Positions 42,134 to 53,623 of a DNA stretch of 64,000 bases are shown here, one piece after another. This stretch comes from an uncultured Acidobacteriota bacterium. Lineage in GTDB: Bacteria > Acidobacteriota > UBA6911. Where the stretch lies: positions 672,001-736,000 of the forward strand of contig CAWJKZ010000014.1 in assembly GCA_963843575.1 (NCBI GenBank), read 5' to 3'. Below the pieces are notes generated by a model. The model saw only the letters and a program-made list of their open reading frames with translations. It did not search any database and had not been told where the DNA came from. The position numbers were made by a program, and so were the translations under genes. Position 1 is the stretch's first letter; each line of letters starts with the position of its first letter.

Positions 42134-43114
42134 TCACGACGATTTCAGCTTTTTCACTTCTTCGGTGAGCGCGGGAACGATGGCGAATAGGTCGCCGACG
42201 ATGCCGTAGTCCGCCAGCTTGAAGATCGGGGCCTCGGGATCCTTGTTGATGGCAACGATGTACTTCGAAGAGGACATCCCCGCCAGGTGCTGGATCGCCC
42301 CGCTGATCCCACAAGCGATGTAGAGTGTCGGAGAGACGGTCTTCCCCGTCTGCCCGACCTGGTGCTGGTGGTCGATCCAGCCCGCATCCACCGCCGCGCG
42401 CGACGCTCCCATGGCACCGCCGAGCGCATCGGCCAGCGCCTGGATCAACGGGAAATTCTCCGGCCCCTTCAGCCCGCGCCCGCCCGACACGACAACGCCC
42501 GCTTCCGTCAGCTCCACCTTTTCGCCCGCGGAGCCCTGTAATCCGACGACTTTCGCCCTGATCCCGTCGGGCGTTATGTCGGGCGTGAAGTCCTCGTTTT
42601 CAGCGGAGCGAGCCATCCCAGGGGTATTCAGGGCGAAGACGTTGGGGCGGAGTGTCGCGACTGCCGGGGACAGCGTGAAGCGCACGCGGCTGAGAGCCTT
42701 CCCCGCATAGACGGGCCGGACACACTCGAGCTCGCTGCCGACCAGCCTTGCTTCCGTGCAGTCCTGCGCCAAACCGACCCGCAACCGGGCGGCGACCCTG
42801 GGCAGGAGGTCGCGTCCGAGCGCAGTCGCCGAGCCGAGGATGACGCGAGGCTTCTTCCGGCTGGACAACTGCGCGAGCGCCGCAGTGAATCCTTCGGTGG
42901 AATAGACATCGAGCAATTCGTGCCGGGCGCGCACCACGAGGTCGGCTCCCTGCTGCGCGAGTTCCGGGGGAAACTCGCCCGGCCCGACGCATACCGCGGT
43001 GACGACTTCGCCGAGTCCGTCCGCCAGCCTGCGCGCGGTCGCCAGAGCTTCGAGAGAGGACTTCTTGATGGCCCCTTGCCTCTCCTCGATGAACACCAAT
43101 ACTCCCTGCGCCAT
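42134..43114 (-). CDS. etfA: Electron transfer flavoprotein alpha
   Basis: [37 protein letters not shown]. Confidence 0.96.
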   Translation of the reverse strand: MAQGVLVFIEERQGAIKKSSLEALATARRLADGLGEVVTAVCVGPGEFPPELAQQGADLVVRARHELLDVYSTEGFTAALAQLSSRKKPRVILGSATALGRDLLPRVAARLRVGLAQDCTEARLVGSELECVRPVYAGKALSRVRFTLSPAVATLRPNVFALNTPGMARSAENEDFTPDITPDGIRAKVVGLQGSAGEKVELTEAGVVVSGGRGLKGPENFPLIQALADALGGAMGASRAAVDAGWIDHQHQVGQTGKTVSPTLYIACGISGAIQHLAGMSSSKYIVAINKDPEAPIFKLADYGIVGDLFAIVPALTEEVKKLKSS

Positions 43115-43249
43115 CACCCCTCCTTGCCCGCGGTGGCTCCCGGCAAAACGCCGGGCTGGAACCTGCATCCAAGACCACCCTGCAGCCTGAAAACCCGAAT
43201 GGGTAAACCTCGCGTTATTCCTTGCCCGAAAGCCATGACCGATGCGTGT

Positions 43250-44026
<777 letters not shown>

Positions 44027-44062
44027 AGGGTGCCTCACCTGACTGGCAATTCGGACGCGCTC

Positions 44063-45307
44063 TCAGCCTTCGAACCGTCTCAACAGAAGGCATGCGTTGG
44101 TGCCGCCGAAACCGAAGCTGTTGGACAGAGCGTAACGGACGCGGGCCGGGCGGCAGACATTAGGGACGTAATCCAGGTCGCAGTCGGGGTCGGGCGCTTC
44201 CTGATTTATCGTCGGGTGCAGGACCTGGTCGCGGATACTCAGGGCCACGACGGCGGCTTCGACCGCGCCTGCGGCGCCCAGGAGGTGACCTATCATCGAC
44301 TTGGTGGAGCTGATGGCGAGTTTGCGGGCGTGTTTCCCGAAAACCGCCCGGATGGCCGCGGTCTCGGTACGGTCGTTCGGGGGCGTGGACGTGCCGTGCG
44401 CATTGATATAGTCGACCTCGTCCGGAGCGATACCTGCGTCCCGAAGGGTTAACCGCATGGCCCGGATGGCACCATCTCCGTCGGGAGGAGGCGCAGTGAT
44501 ATGGTGGGCATCCCCGGACATCCCGTAGCCGACGATCTCGGCATAGATATGGACTCCCCTCGCGCGTGCGCGTTCGAGTTCTTCGAGGATCACGATCCCG
44601 GCACCCTCGCCGAGGACAAAACCATCACGCTCGCGGTCGAATGGGCGGCTCGCGCGCTGCGGCTCGTCGTTTCGGGTGGAGAGGGCCTTGAGTGCGGAAA
44701 AACCACCCACCGCCATCGGTGTAATGGCGGCCTCGGTGCCTCCGGAGATCATGACGTCGGCGTCGCCGCGCTCGATGATCCTAAACGAGTCGCCGATCGC
44801 GTGGCTGCCGGCGGAACAGGCGGTGCATGGGGCAGAATTCGGGCCGCGGGCGCCGAACCGGATCGAGACCTGCCCTGCGGCCAGGTTCACGATGCTCGAT
44901 GGGATGAAAAACGGCGACACCCGCTTCGGACCCTGCCGCAGAAGCGTCTCGTGTTCGTTTTCGATGGTGCCGAATCCGCCGATGCCTGAGCCTATGATTA
45001 CACCGGTTCGCTCTCCTTCATACCCGTTCATGCCCCCCAGGCCCGCGTCCTTCATCGCCCATTCGGCGGCGGCGATCGCGAAGTGGATGAACGTGTCCAT
45101 CTTCTTGACGTCCTTGCGCTCGATATAGGCCGACGGATCGAAGTGTTTCACCTCGGCCGCGATCTGCGTGGGGAAGCGGCTCGCGTCAAAGTGGGTGATC
45201 GGCCCGACCCCGGAAGTCCCGTGCTGCAGGGATTGCCAGGTTTCTTCCGAACCGATTCCCAGGGCGGTGACAAGGCCAACGCCCGTGACGACGACACGCC
45301 GTTTCAC
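44063..45307 (-). CDS. fabF: 3-oxoacyl-ACP synthase II
   Basis: RRVVVTGVG, TACSAG, INAHGTST, STKSMIGHLLGAAG, NSFGFGGTN. Confidence 0.97.
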   Translation of the reverse strand: MKRRVVVTGVGLVTALGIGSEETWQSLQHGTSGVGPITHFDASRFPTQIAAEVKHFDPSAYIERKDVKKMDTFIHFAIAAAEWAMKDAGLGGMNGYEGERTGVIIGSGIGGFGTIENEHETLLRQGPKRVSPFFIPSSIVNLAAGQVSIRFGARGPNSAPCTACSAGSHAIGDSFRIIERGDADVMISGGTEAAITPMAVGGFSALKALSTRNDEPQRASRPFDRERDGFVLGEGAGIVILEELERARARGVHIYAEIVGYGMSGDAHHITAPPPDGDGAIRAMRLTLRDAGIAPDEVDYINAHGTSTPPNDRTETAAIRAVFGKHARKLAISSTKSMIGHLLGAAGAVEAAVVALSIRDQVLHPTINQEAPDPDCDLDYVPNVCRPARVRYALSNSFGFGGTNACLLLRRFEG

Positions 45308-45327
45308 GCGACGACCTCTTCTTTCAA

Positions 45328-45564
45328 TTAATGGACGTGGGTTTCGATGTATTCGATCGCGTTCTTGACGGTCTTGATCTTTTCGGCATCTTCGTCCGGG
45401 ATCTCAATACCGAAAGCCTCTTCGAACGCCATGACGAGCTCGATCGTGTCCAGCGAATCGGCGCCCAGATCATCGACGAAGGATGCGGCCGGCGTGACCT
45501 CGCCCTCGTTGACACCCAGCTGATCGACGATGATCGACTTTACTTTCTCTTCAACAGAGGCCAT
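45328..45564 (-). CDS. acpP: Acyl carrier protein
   Basis: [18 protein letters not shown]. Confidence 0.97.
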   Translation of the reverse strand: MASVEEKVKSIIVDQLGVNEGEVTPAASFVDDLGADSLDTIELVMAFEEAFGIEIPDEDAEKIKTVKNAIEYIETHVH

Positions 45565-45639
45565 TACCTTATCTCCTTATGTTTACACGCAGTCCAGACC
45601 GCAGAATCGTCGAAGAAAGGCTGACATTGTAGCATCCGT

Positions 45640-46568
45640 TCAGGCAGAAGCAAGCGCTTCGATGCCCCGAATCCCGTCGACGTTGAGCGCCCGCGCGTCG
45701 GGCGCGATTTTCCGGATCATCCCGGTGAGGACCTTGCCCGGCCCCACCTCGACAAAGCGTATCCACCCCGCAGGCGACCAGGTGCTGGATGGTCTCGACC
45801 CAGCGAACCGGGGAGCACACCTGCCGCACGAGGCAGTCGCGCGCCGAATGCCCGCTGGTCACCTCGGCAGCATCCACGTTGCAGATCACCGACACGACCG
45901 GATCGCGGAATTCGAGTTCCTGGAGGTCCGCCGCGAGCCGGTCGCGGGCCGGGGCCATCAGTTCACAGTGGAATGGGGCGCTCACGGCCAGCGGCAGCAC
46001 CCTCCTGGCGCCGAGCGCCCTGGCGTTGTCGGAGGCTTTTTGGACCGCCGCCGCCTCCCCGGCGATGACCGTCTGGTCGGGCGCGTTGAAGTTCGCCGAC
46101 GAGACTACGCCCGCCCCGCGCGCGTCCCGGCACGCAGCCGCCACGACACCGGGATCTATGCCCAGGATCGCGGCCATCGCCCCTTTGCCCGGCGGGAACG
46201 GCATCCTGCATGTACTGCCCCCGGTTGCGTACCACCCGCACGGCCTGGGAGAGCGAAAGCACGCCCGCGCAGACGAGCGCCGTGTACTCCCCCAGGCTGT
46301 GGCCCGCGACGTAGCTCGGGTGCATGCCGCGCATCTCCAGGACCCGCAATATGGCCACGCTGGCGGCGAGGATCGCGGGCTGGGTGTTGGGGGTGAGCCT
46401 CAGATCTTCGTCGGGCCCCTCGAAACAGAGGGTGCTGAGGGGGAACCCGAGCGTGAGGTCCGCCTCGACAAAGGCGTCGCGGGCGCAAGAGAACGCGTCG
46501 TGGATCTCTTTACCCATGCCGGCGTACTGAGAGCCCTGTCCCGGGAAGACGAAAGCTGTTTTCCCCAT
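45640..46568 (-). CDS. fabD: Malonyl-CoA:ACP transacylase (frameshifted)
   Basis: FPGQGSQ, GHSLGEY, AVSAPFHC, SPVRW. Confidence 0.95.
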
Positions 46569-46574
46569 TGTGCC

Positions 46575-47609
46575 TTAGATCGGCGCACTGCCTTTGGTGT
46601 AGCCGCCCAACTGGCTCAACTCGGCCTCGAGCTTCGCGTTCAACTGGTTCTCGGCGTATTCCTTGGCGACCCGGATGGCGTTCTTGATGGCGTTTCCGCT
46701 CGAACGCCCGTGGCAGATGATCGACACCGCCCGCAACCCGATCAGGGGGGCCCCACCGTACTCGGAATAATCCAGGCGCTTCTTGAGGCGCTTGAACGAT
46801 TGCTGGCTCAGAAGCGCCCCGAGCTTGGCCTGCAGGTTGCTGGACAACTCGTCTCTCAAGAGCTTGAGCACCGCCTCGATGAGCCCCTCGCTCGTCTTCA
46901 GGGCGACGTTGCCGGTGAAGCCGTCGCACACGATGACGTCGGCGCGGCCGTTATATATGTCGCGCCCTTCGACGTTGCCGATGAAGTTCAGGCGGATCTC
47001 TTTCAGGATCTTGTGGACTTCCTTGATGAGATCCGTCCCCTTGGATTCTTCCTCACCGACGGACATCAGGCCCACGCGGGGCGAGTCCACGCCGACGATC
47101 TTCTTGCTGAACAGGTGCCCCATGACGGCAAATTGGACGAGGTGATGAGGCTTGCAGGCTACGTTGGCGCCGACGTCAAGCAGGACGGCGTGGCCGCTCA
47201 GGGTCGGCAGGATGGCTGCCAGCGCCGGCCGATCTACTCCCGGGACAACCCCCATGACCATCTTCGATATGGCCATCACGGCGCCGGTGTTGCCGGCGCT
47301 GACCAACCCGGCCGCGCTCCCGTCGCGCACCAGTTCGGCTGCGACCCGCAGGGACGAGTCTTTCTTCTTGCGCAACGCCACCGTGGGCTGTTCGTCCATG
47401 GCGATCACCTGGGTGGCATTGCGGATCTCGATCGGCAGATCCGCCCCCCCCTTTTCCTTTAGGAGCGGGACGAGGGCAGACTCCTTGCCGACGAGGATGA
47501 CGTGAACTTTGAACGCCTGGGCTGCAGCTATGGCCCCCTCCACCTCGCTGAGTGGAGAGTTGTCGCTTCCCATTCCGTCTACGGCAATCTTGATCATGGG
47601 CTCAGGCAC
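46575..47609 (-). CDS. plsX: Phosphate acyltransferase PlsX
   Basis: IAVDGMGSD, SAGNTGA, DRPAL, LDVGAN, GNVEG, DGFTGN, HGRS. Confidence 0.97.
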   Translation of the reverse strand: MPEPMIKIAVDGMGSDNSPLSEVEGAIAAAQAFKVHVILVGKESALVPLLKEKGGADLPIEIRNATQVIAMDEQPTVALRKKKDSSLRVAAELVRDGSAAGLVSAGNTGAVMAISKMVMGVVPGVDRPALAAILPTLSGHAVLLDVGANVACKPHHLVQFAVMGHLFSKKIVGVDSPRVGLMSVGEEESKGTDLIKEVHKILKEIRLNFIGNVEGRDIYNGRADVIVCDGFTGNVALKTSEGLIEAVLKLLRDELSSNLQAKLGALLSQQSFKRLKKRLDYSEYGGAPLIGLRAVSIICHGRSSGNAIKNAIRVAKEYAENQLNAKLEAELSQLGGYTKGSAPI

Positions 47610-47634
47610 GACCCGTCATGGAATAAGCCGGCGG

Positions 47635-47820
47635 TCAGATTTCTTCCTCGCCTACCATGACCTGGCGGCCCCGGTAGTAGCCGCATTTCGGACAGGCCTG
47701 GTGCGGGGGCTTGGGTTCCAGGCACTGGGGGCAGACCCCCGGTGTCACAGGCTGCAGAAAATCGTGCGCGCGCCGCTTGCCGCGACGCGACTTCGAGTGT
47801 CTCCGTTTAGGATTAGGCAT
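47635..47820 (-). CDS. rpmF: 50S ribosomal protein L32 (zinc-ribbon form)
   Basis: MPNPKRRHSKSRRGKRR, CPQC..CPKCGYY. Confidence 0.96.
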   Translation of the reverse strand: MPNPKRRHSKSRRGKRRAHDFLQPVTPGVCPQCLEPKPPHQACPKCGYYRGRQVMVGEEEI

Positions 47821-47890
47821 GAACGCTCGTTCTCCCGTTGAAAACGTTCCGCGCGCGGGCCGCTGCCGCAGTCCCGCCCGTTCCAACCAG

Positions 47891-48427
47891 TTATTTGTCG
47901 GTCTTCTTGAGAAACTCCCTCAGCACCGCGGGGCGCGCGTCGCCCTCGTCATGCTTGCAGGGACAGGGCCCCTGGTTCAGATCCGCGCCGCAACTATAGC
48001 AGAGCCCTTTGCAGTCCTCGGAGCAGACAAACCGCATCGGCAGCGAGAGCACGATCTGCTCGACGACCATGGTGTCAACGTCGAACCTGATGCCGTCGTA
48101 GAACCCGACCTCCAGGTCGGCATCCCTTAACTCGATCTCCTCTCCCGTGCGGTCCGGTTTTGGCTGCGGGAGATAAACCAAGTCGAAGCTGGCCGTCACG
48201 TGGCGGGTCGACTGCTTCAAACAACGGGAACAGCCAACACGGAGTCCCGTTTCCACGGTGCCGCCGATGCGCAGGTCCCGTTCCCTGTGACTCAGGAGGA
48301 AATCGGTGGTGACTGGCTCCTCTATGACGGCACCCGGGTACTCAAACGGAAGCTCCCCGGCCGCATACGTGTGGTGTACGCGCAGAGGTTCCGGTTTGAG
48401 GGCTTCAATTTCTATGAACACTGCCAA
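47891..48427 (-). CDS. yceD: DUF177/YceD family protein
   Basis: CSRCL, LSLPMRFVCSEDCKGLCYSCGADLN; upstream of rpmF; start approximate. Confidence 0.92.
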   Translation of the reverse strand: MAVFIEIEALKPEPLRVHHTYAAGELPFEYPGAVIEEPVTTDFLLSHRERDLRIGGTVETGLRVGCSRCLKQSTRHVTASFDLVYLPQPKPDRTGEEIELRDADLEVGFYDGIRFDVDTMVVEQIVLSLPMRFVCSEDCKGLCYSCGADLNQGPCPCKHDEGDARPAVLREFLKKTDK

Positions 48428-48452
48428 ATGCTCCAGTTTCGAGCGCTGGTGA

Positions 48453-48481
48453 AAATTACACTGCACCATTTCCTTTGTCAA
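48453..48481 (-). promoter_or_regulatory. Sigma70 promoter of the yceD-rpmF-plsX-fab operon
   Basis: Minus strand TTGACA-N17-TAATTT. Confidence 0.65.
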
Positions 48482-48572
48482 GGAACAATGTCCCGGTTTT
48501 ACAATCACTTACAGCCGCAGAGATATTGGCCGTTTCGATTGCTCCGGAAGTTTCCTTGCGGGTGGGCAGCGC

Positions 48573-49343
48573 CTATGGGCGGACGGTCCCCGTCTTGGCG
48601 CCGGGATTGGCCTCGAGGCGCGTCAGCTCCTGTGCCACCATCGACTGGAGCATGCTTCGGCCGGCATCGTCCCGCGCCTCGCGCAGGAGCTTGAGGGCCT
48701 CGTCGCGCTTCCCCTGGCCGACCAGGGCGCGGGACAGCTCCAGCTTCAGGTCTTCGCGCGGCAGCTCGCACTGCGGGTCCTTGACCATGCCTTCGAGCAA
48801 TGCCTGCGCGCCCTTGTAATTGCCCGATTCCACGTACGTCCGGGCGAGGACCTTCCTGGCGAGGTAGGCGACGGTGCGGTCCTTGGAGTTGTTGCTGACC
48901 GACTCGAGGGACCGGATCGCCTCGTCCTTCTTGTTCAGCCGCAACTGACTCATTCCAAGGTAATACCGGGCTATGACGGCCAGCTTCGACGAGCCGTACT
49001 TGGAGACTATGGACGACAACTCCTTGGAGGCGGCTTCGTATTTGGCAGCTTCGGTCCGGAAGATCGGATCGGGGGTCTTGCCGTAGGGGTCGTCCAGGGC
49101 GGTCGGGTCGATCCGGCCGTTATAGAATTCGATGGCGCGGCCAAGTTGCTGCTGGGCCTGCAGGTCGCGGGTTTCCAGGTAATTGAGCCCGAAGTAGATG
49201 CCAAGCGCGATCACAACCACTCCGGCCAGCGCGATCGCGATAAGCTTGCCGTTGCTGCGGAATGCTTCCAAGAATCGGATTATGCCTTCGTGTATCGGGT
49301 CTTCGGCAAGAATCTCCTTGCGGGTCAGCTTGGTAGTGCTCAC
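48573..49343 (-). CDS. Membrane-anchored TPR protein (YfgM-like)
   Basis: KLTRKE..D, single TM, TPR-like helices (ARYYLG, ELSRALVGQGKRDEA); GTG start at 49343. Confidence 0.8.
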   Translation of the reverse strand: MSTTKLTRKEILAEDPIHEGIIRFLEAFRSNGKLIAIALAGVVVIALGIYFGLNYLETRDLQAQQQLGRAIEFYNGRIDPTALDDPYGKTPDPIFRTEAAKYEAASKELSSIVSKYGSSKLAVIARYYLGMSQLRLNKKDEAIRSLESVSNNSKDRTVAYLARKVLARTYVESGNYKGAQALLEGMVKDPQCELPREDLKLELSRALVGQGKRDEALKLLREARDDAGRSMLQSMVAQELTRLEANPGAKTGTVRP

Positions 49344-49447
49344 GATAGAGTCCCTCTCAGCTCGTTGGAGCTGTAAAAGATACCACACGTCGAGCGACGG
49401 CATCAAGCATTCGGAAACACGTCGCGCGCCGGTTCTCACCACACTCA

Positions 49448-49685
49448 GGGTTCGCGCAAGAATAAGTCCACATTTTGGCGCGAGCGCCGGGCGGGAAGAG
49501 GAAGGCGCGCGACGCAGGGGATGTGGTGACATCGTCAAGGAGCGGCAACGCCGCAGATGCCCGCCCGCCGCCACGGCCCGGAGGGCTGACGGCTCCGTCG
49601 ATAGCAGTCTCCTATCTTTGGTTGCCCCATGATCTGTTGGCTCGGAAGTCGTCAGCAAAATGTGGAATTATTCTTGCGCGAGCCC
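49448..49685. mobile_element. MITE family B, copy 1 (238 bp)
   Basis: ~30-bp TIRs GGGTTCGCGCAAGAATAAGTCCACATTTTG / CAAAATGTGGAATTATTCTTGCGCGAGCCC, flanked by TCA/TTA; colinear with 59464-59703. Confidence 0.9.
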
Positions 49686-50327
49686 TTAGACCCCCGCGGA
49701 CTGGCCGGTTCCTTCGTAGATGAAGAGGTATTCCTGGACGCCGTGCCTGAGCAGGAACGAACTGGAGACCTTGAACCCCGACATCAGCCGGTTGATGTCG
49801 CGCGGCTGATATCGGGGGCAAGGCGTCGTCTCGGCGGTGCGGGAGCCGTAGACCATGGACTCATTATCGACGATCTTGTAGATATTGGGCTCGGAGGGAA
49901 TCTGCTGGAGCACGGAAACGAGCGCAAACACATATGTTCCCACCCGGCAGAAACGCTCCAGGTGCTTGACGAGTTCCTCGAGGTGCTTCTGCGGGAGATA
50001 GTTAAACAGATCCCAGGCCAGGATCACGTCGAAGCGCGTACCGGGGTCGTATGGGAGGAGCTCGGGAAACGGGGACGGGGCGTTCTCTTCGGCGGGCGCA
50101 CTCAATATAGGGCGCAGGCTGTTGTACAGGGCTTCGACATAGATCTTGCCGCCGAACCGGGACCAGAACTCGATGTTGGTCCCGGACGCCGGGCCGAGGT
50201 CAAGGATCGAAAACCCCACGCGTCCCTCGAGCTGCTGCAGCAGTGCGCTCAGCCCGAGGGACTTGTGGGTGACAGGTTCAGGCGTGGCCGGGACCACGGG
50301 CGTCCTTGACAACGGTGTTTTGGACAT
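49686..50327 (-). CDS. Class I SAM-dependent methyltransferase-like protein
   Basis: ILDLGPASG motif I, FDVILAWDLFNYL; 14 bp downstream of bactofilin. Confidence 0.75.
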   Translation of the reverse strand: MSKTPLSRTPVVPATPEPVTHKSLGLSALLQQLEGRVGFSILDLGPASGTNIEFWSRFGGKIYVEALYNSLRPILSAPAEENAPSPFPELLPYDPGTRFDVILAWDLFNYLPQKHLEELVKHLERFCRVGTYVFALVSVLQQIPSEPNIYKIVDNESMVYGSRTAETTPCPRYQPRDINRLMSGFKVSSSFLLRHGVQEYLFIYEGTGQSAGV

Positions 50328-50341
50328 AAGCACTCGAGGCG

Positions 50342-50878
50342 TTACGGCTTTCCGGGCACCTTTACGGCCCCGGCCCCCGCCGGTTCACTGCTGGTGCGTA
50401 CCTCGCCGGGGCGGTTGCTTCTCTCGGGCTCGGGGGTGCGCCCGGCCTCTTTCGGGGTCATGTCGATGCTGCCCTTGAAGTTGGACCCGTCTTCGAGGCT
50501 CACCCTGGGCGCGATGATGTTCCCGCGTACGGTGCTGGTCTGTCTGAGGAGCAGTTGTTCCTCACCGTAGAGGTTGCCCTGGACTTCCCCCTCTATGGTG
50601 ATGGTCCGGCCGTAGATGTCCGCCTTTACTTTGCCGTTCTTTCCTACGGTCACGTTGTGCTGCCGCAGCTCGATCTTCCCCTCGACCCGGCCTTCGATCA
50701 GCAGGTCCTCCTGCCCGCTCAAATCTCCCTTGATGTATATGGTGGCTCCAATCATGGCTCGCTCCTTATGCTGTGGCGCGCTCGGGCGCGGTTGAGTGAC
50801 GGGCTGGGGTTGAGGTGGCGGCTGGTGTTGAGGCTGATACGGCGGCTGCGGGTCGTCGGGTTCTGATTTCTTCCACAT
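50342..50878 (-). CDS. Bactofilin (polymer-forming cytoskeletal protein)
   Basis: Pro/Gln-rich N-term, IGATIYIKGDLSGQEDLLIEGRVEGKI..VRGNIIAPRVSLEDGSNFKGSIDM beta-helix. Confidence 0.93.
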   Translation of the reverse strand: MWKKSEPDDPQPPYQPQHQPPPQPQPVTQPRPSAPQHKERAMIGATIYIKGDLSGQEDLLIEGRVEGKIELRQHNVTVGKNGKVKADIYGRTITIEGEVQGNLYGEEQLLLRQTSTVRGNIIAPRVSLEDGSNFKGSIDMTPKEAGRTPEPERSNRPGEVRTSSEPAGAGAVKVPGKP

Positions 50879-51166
50879 CGCGGACACTCCTTGGATGGAT
50901 TATTGGAACGAGTGTATCTAATCCGGCCGCAAAGTCAAAGTCAAGTGACCCCAGCCACAGAAACCTCTTATTTGACGGCGACCGGGCGGCTTCGGCACCG
51001 ATAGATGGGAATTTCCCACGAACGCGCGGTTCCGCCGCGGTACAATCGGCGCGGTGATCAGCGCGATTCGGCTGCGCCGCTGAAGTCCCGACGGGGGGCT
51101 CTCCGGTGTTTTGGCGAAATAAATCCCAGCCGGGAGAGACTTCAGTGGAGGGGCACCGCAAATAAC

Positions 51167-52999
51167 GTGTTGCAGGAAATAAAGGACGCTCTACAAAAAT
51201 ATTGGGGATTTGACGAATTCCTGCCTCTGCAGGAGCAGGCGATGGAATGCGTGTGCGCGCGCCGAGACTCGATCGTCGTCCTGCCGACCGGCGGCGGAAA
51301 GTCGCTCTGCTTTCAGGCGCCCGCCCTCGTGCTGCCCGCCCTGACGCTGGTCGTTTCTCCCCTGCTCTCTCTCATGAAAGACCAGGTCGACGGCCTGCTG
51401 GAGTGCGGCATCGTAGCCGCCCGCCTCGACAGCACGATGACCCTCGCGGAAAGGAAGGACACGTTCGAACGGTTGAGGGAACGCCGCTTGAGGCTGCTCT
51501 ACGTGTCGCCGGAGCGTCTCGTCACAAACGGATTCCTGCAGACGGTCAAGGCTGCGGGGGTGTCATCGGTGGCCGTCGACGAAGCCCACTGCGTGAGCAT
51601 GTGGGGCCACGATTTCCGACCGGAGTACCGTCAACTGAAAGTGCTCAGGGAGGCGCTCCCGGGCGTGCCGATAGGCGCCTACACGGCCACGGCCACCGAG
51701 CAGGTGCGCCGCGACATCCGGGAACAGCTGAACCTGGACGATCCGGCCGTGCTGGTGGGGAGGTTCGACCGCCCCAACCTGATCTATCGCGTGCGCCGGC
51801 GCACCAACATCCAGAAACAGGTGTCGGCCATCCTGGAGAGCCACGTCGGAGCGTCGGGCATCGTGTACTGCATCCGGCGGGCCGACGTCGACGGCATGTG
51901 CCGGCATCTGGCCGCGCGCGGCTTCAAGGTCGCCCCCTACCACGCGGGGATGACGGACGCCGACCGGAAGCGCAGCCAGGAGGCCTTCATCCGCGAGGAG
52001 GTCGACACGATCGTGGCGACGATCGCCTTTGGGATGGGTATCGACAAGTCCAACGTCCGGTATGTGGTGCACGCCGGCATGCCCAAGTCCCTCGAACACT
52101 ATCAGCAGGAGAGCGGGCGAGCGGGGCGCGACGGTCTCGAGGCGGGGTGCTTTCTATTCTACTCCGGTGCGGACTACGTCACCTGGAAGGGGATCGTCGA
52201 GGAAACCGAACAACAGGTGTCCGAGGTCGCACTGGCCAAGCTCGGCCAGATGTATCGCTACTGCGCCGGGGTATCGTGCCGCCACCGCGCGCTCGTGAGC
52301 TATTTCGGACAAGAACTCGATCACAGCAACTGCCGCGCCTGCGACGTGTGCCTGGGGGAAATCGAAACCGTCGGGGACGCCACTGTCGTCGCGCAGAAGA
52401 TCCTCTCCAGCATTCTCCGCCAGGGAGAACGGTTTGGAGCCGATTACACGGCGGCCGTCGTCACCGGGTCCAAGGAAGATCGCGTTGTCTCCAACGGGCA
52501 CGACCGGCTGAGCACCTACGGCATTCTCGCGGAACACAGCCGTTCCACGGTGCGAGACTGGATCGAGCAGCTGGTAGAACAGGGGGGCGCCGCGCGCGTC
52601 GGGGAATACGCCATCCTCAAGATAACCGACAAAGGGCGGAGCATGCTGAAAGGGCAGTTGCAGCCGCTCCTTCTCGAACCCGCCAGGAAGAAAGAGCCGG
52701 CCAAGCCGCGCGCGGTCGGCGATTCGTGGGAAGGAGTCGACGAGGGGCTCTTCGACGAACTGCGGAAGCTCAGGCGAAGCCTGGCCGCGAAACGTGCTCT
52801 GCCAGCCTATCTGATCTTTGGCGACGCCGCGCTGCGCGACATGGCCCGGCGGCGGCCGTCGACGCCCGCCGCCTTTCTCCAGGTGAGCGGCGTCGGGGAT
52901 GCGAAGCTCGCGCAGTACGGGGACGCTATGCTCGAGGCCATCCGGCACTACTGCCGCGCCCATGATCTCGAGACCGACCCGCCGGTTTCCAGGAACTGA
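51167..52999 (+). CDS. recQ: ATP-dependent DNA helicase RecQ
   Basis: LPTGGGKSLCFQ, VDEAHCVSMWGHDFRPEY, QESGRAGRDG, Zn-binding Cys, RQC and HRDC domains. Confidence 0.96.
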   Translation: MLQEIKDALQKYWGFDEFLPLQEQAMECVCARRDSIVVLPTGGGKSLCFQAPALVLPALTLVVSPLLSLMKDQVDGLLECGIVAARLDSTMTLAERKDTFERLRERRLRLLYVSPERLVTNGFLQTVKAAGVSSVAVDEAHCVSMWGHDFRPEYRQLKVLREALPGVPIGAYTATATEQVRRDIREQLNLDDPAVLVGRFDRPNLIYRVRRRTNIQKQVSAILESHVGASGIVYCIRRADVDGMCRHLAARGFKVAPYHAGMTDADRKRSQEAFIREEVDTIVATIAFGMGIDKSNVRYVVHAGMPKSLEHYQQESGRAGRDGLEAGCFLFYSGADYVTWKGIVEETEQQVSEVALAKLGQMYRYCAGVSCRHRALVSYFGQELDHSNCRACDVCLGEIETVGDATVVAQKILSSILRQGERFGADYTAAVVTGSKEDRVVSNGHDRLSTYGILAEHSRSTVRDWIEQLVEQGGAARVGEYAILKITDKGRSMLKGQLQPLLLEPARKKEPAKPRAVGDSWEGVDEGLFDELRKLRRSLAAKRALPAYLIFGDAALRDMARRRPSTPAAFLQVSGVGDAKLAQYGDAMLEAIRHYCRAHDLETDPPVSRN

Positions 53000-53118
53000 G
53001 CCGCCTCCCCCCGGCGCCCTCGTGCGCCGGGCCAGGTGCAGGCCGGTTTTATCTGGCATACTTCGCCCGCCGATGGTATCTCAAAGGGGATACCACAACC
53101 TCCGGCAACGAAGGCTTT

Positions 53119-53501
53119 ATGAAGATCAAACTGAGCAGTGTGATCGTGGAAGACCAGGGAAAGGCCCTCAGGTTTTATACCGAGGTTCTGGGGTTCATCA
53201 AGAAAACCGACCTCCCCGCGGGGATTTCAGGTGGTTGACGGTCGCCTCCCCCGAAGCCCCGGACAGTGTCGAGCTGCTTCTCGAACCCAACGATAATCCC
53301 GCCGCCCGGACCTTCCAGAAGGCACTATTCGAGCAGCGGATCCCTTTGAACGCCTTTGCCGTGGACGACATTCACGCGGAATATGAGAGGCTGAAGGGAC
53401 GGGGCGTCGCGTTTTCCACCGAGCCGACCAGGATGGGTGAAGTCACCGTCGCGGTCTTCAACGACACGTGCGGCAATCTCATCCAGCTGTATCAGGCGTG
53501 A
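53119..53501 (+). CDS. VOC/glyoxalase family protein (frameshifted)
   Basis: MKIKLSSVIVEDQGKALRFYTEVLGF..RWLTV..ELLLEPN..FNDTCGNLIQLYQ. Confidence 0.9.
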
Positions 53502-53623
53502 TCGTTGGGCACGGCGACGGTGTCCCGTCCGCGGCGCCGCGCAGCCGCATCTAACAATGCGAACCGTGCAACGCCCGCTTCCGCGAGGCCGAACAGCACT
53601 TATTTCGAAAAAGGAGTTGCCAA

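Noticed and set aside
43115-43249. 135-bp spacer between etfB and etfA as a possible ncRNA
   Set aside because: No convincing stem, known motif or second copy in the window.
49344-49658. N-terminal extension of the TPR ORF and small ORFs at 49357, 54303, 57944, 59057
   Set aside because: They are translations of the MITE/REP repeats, not genes.
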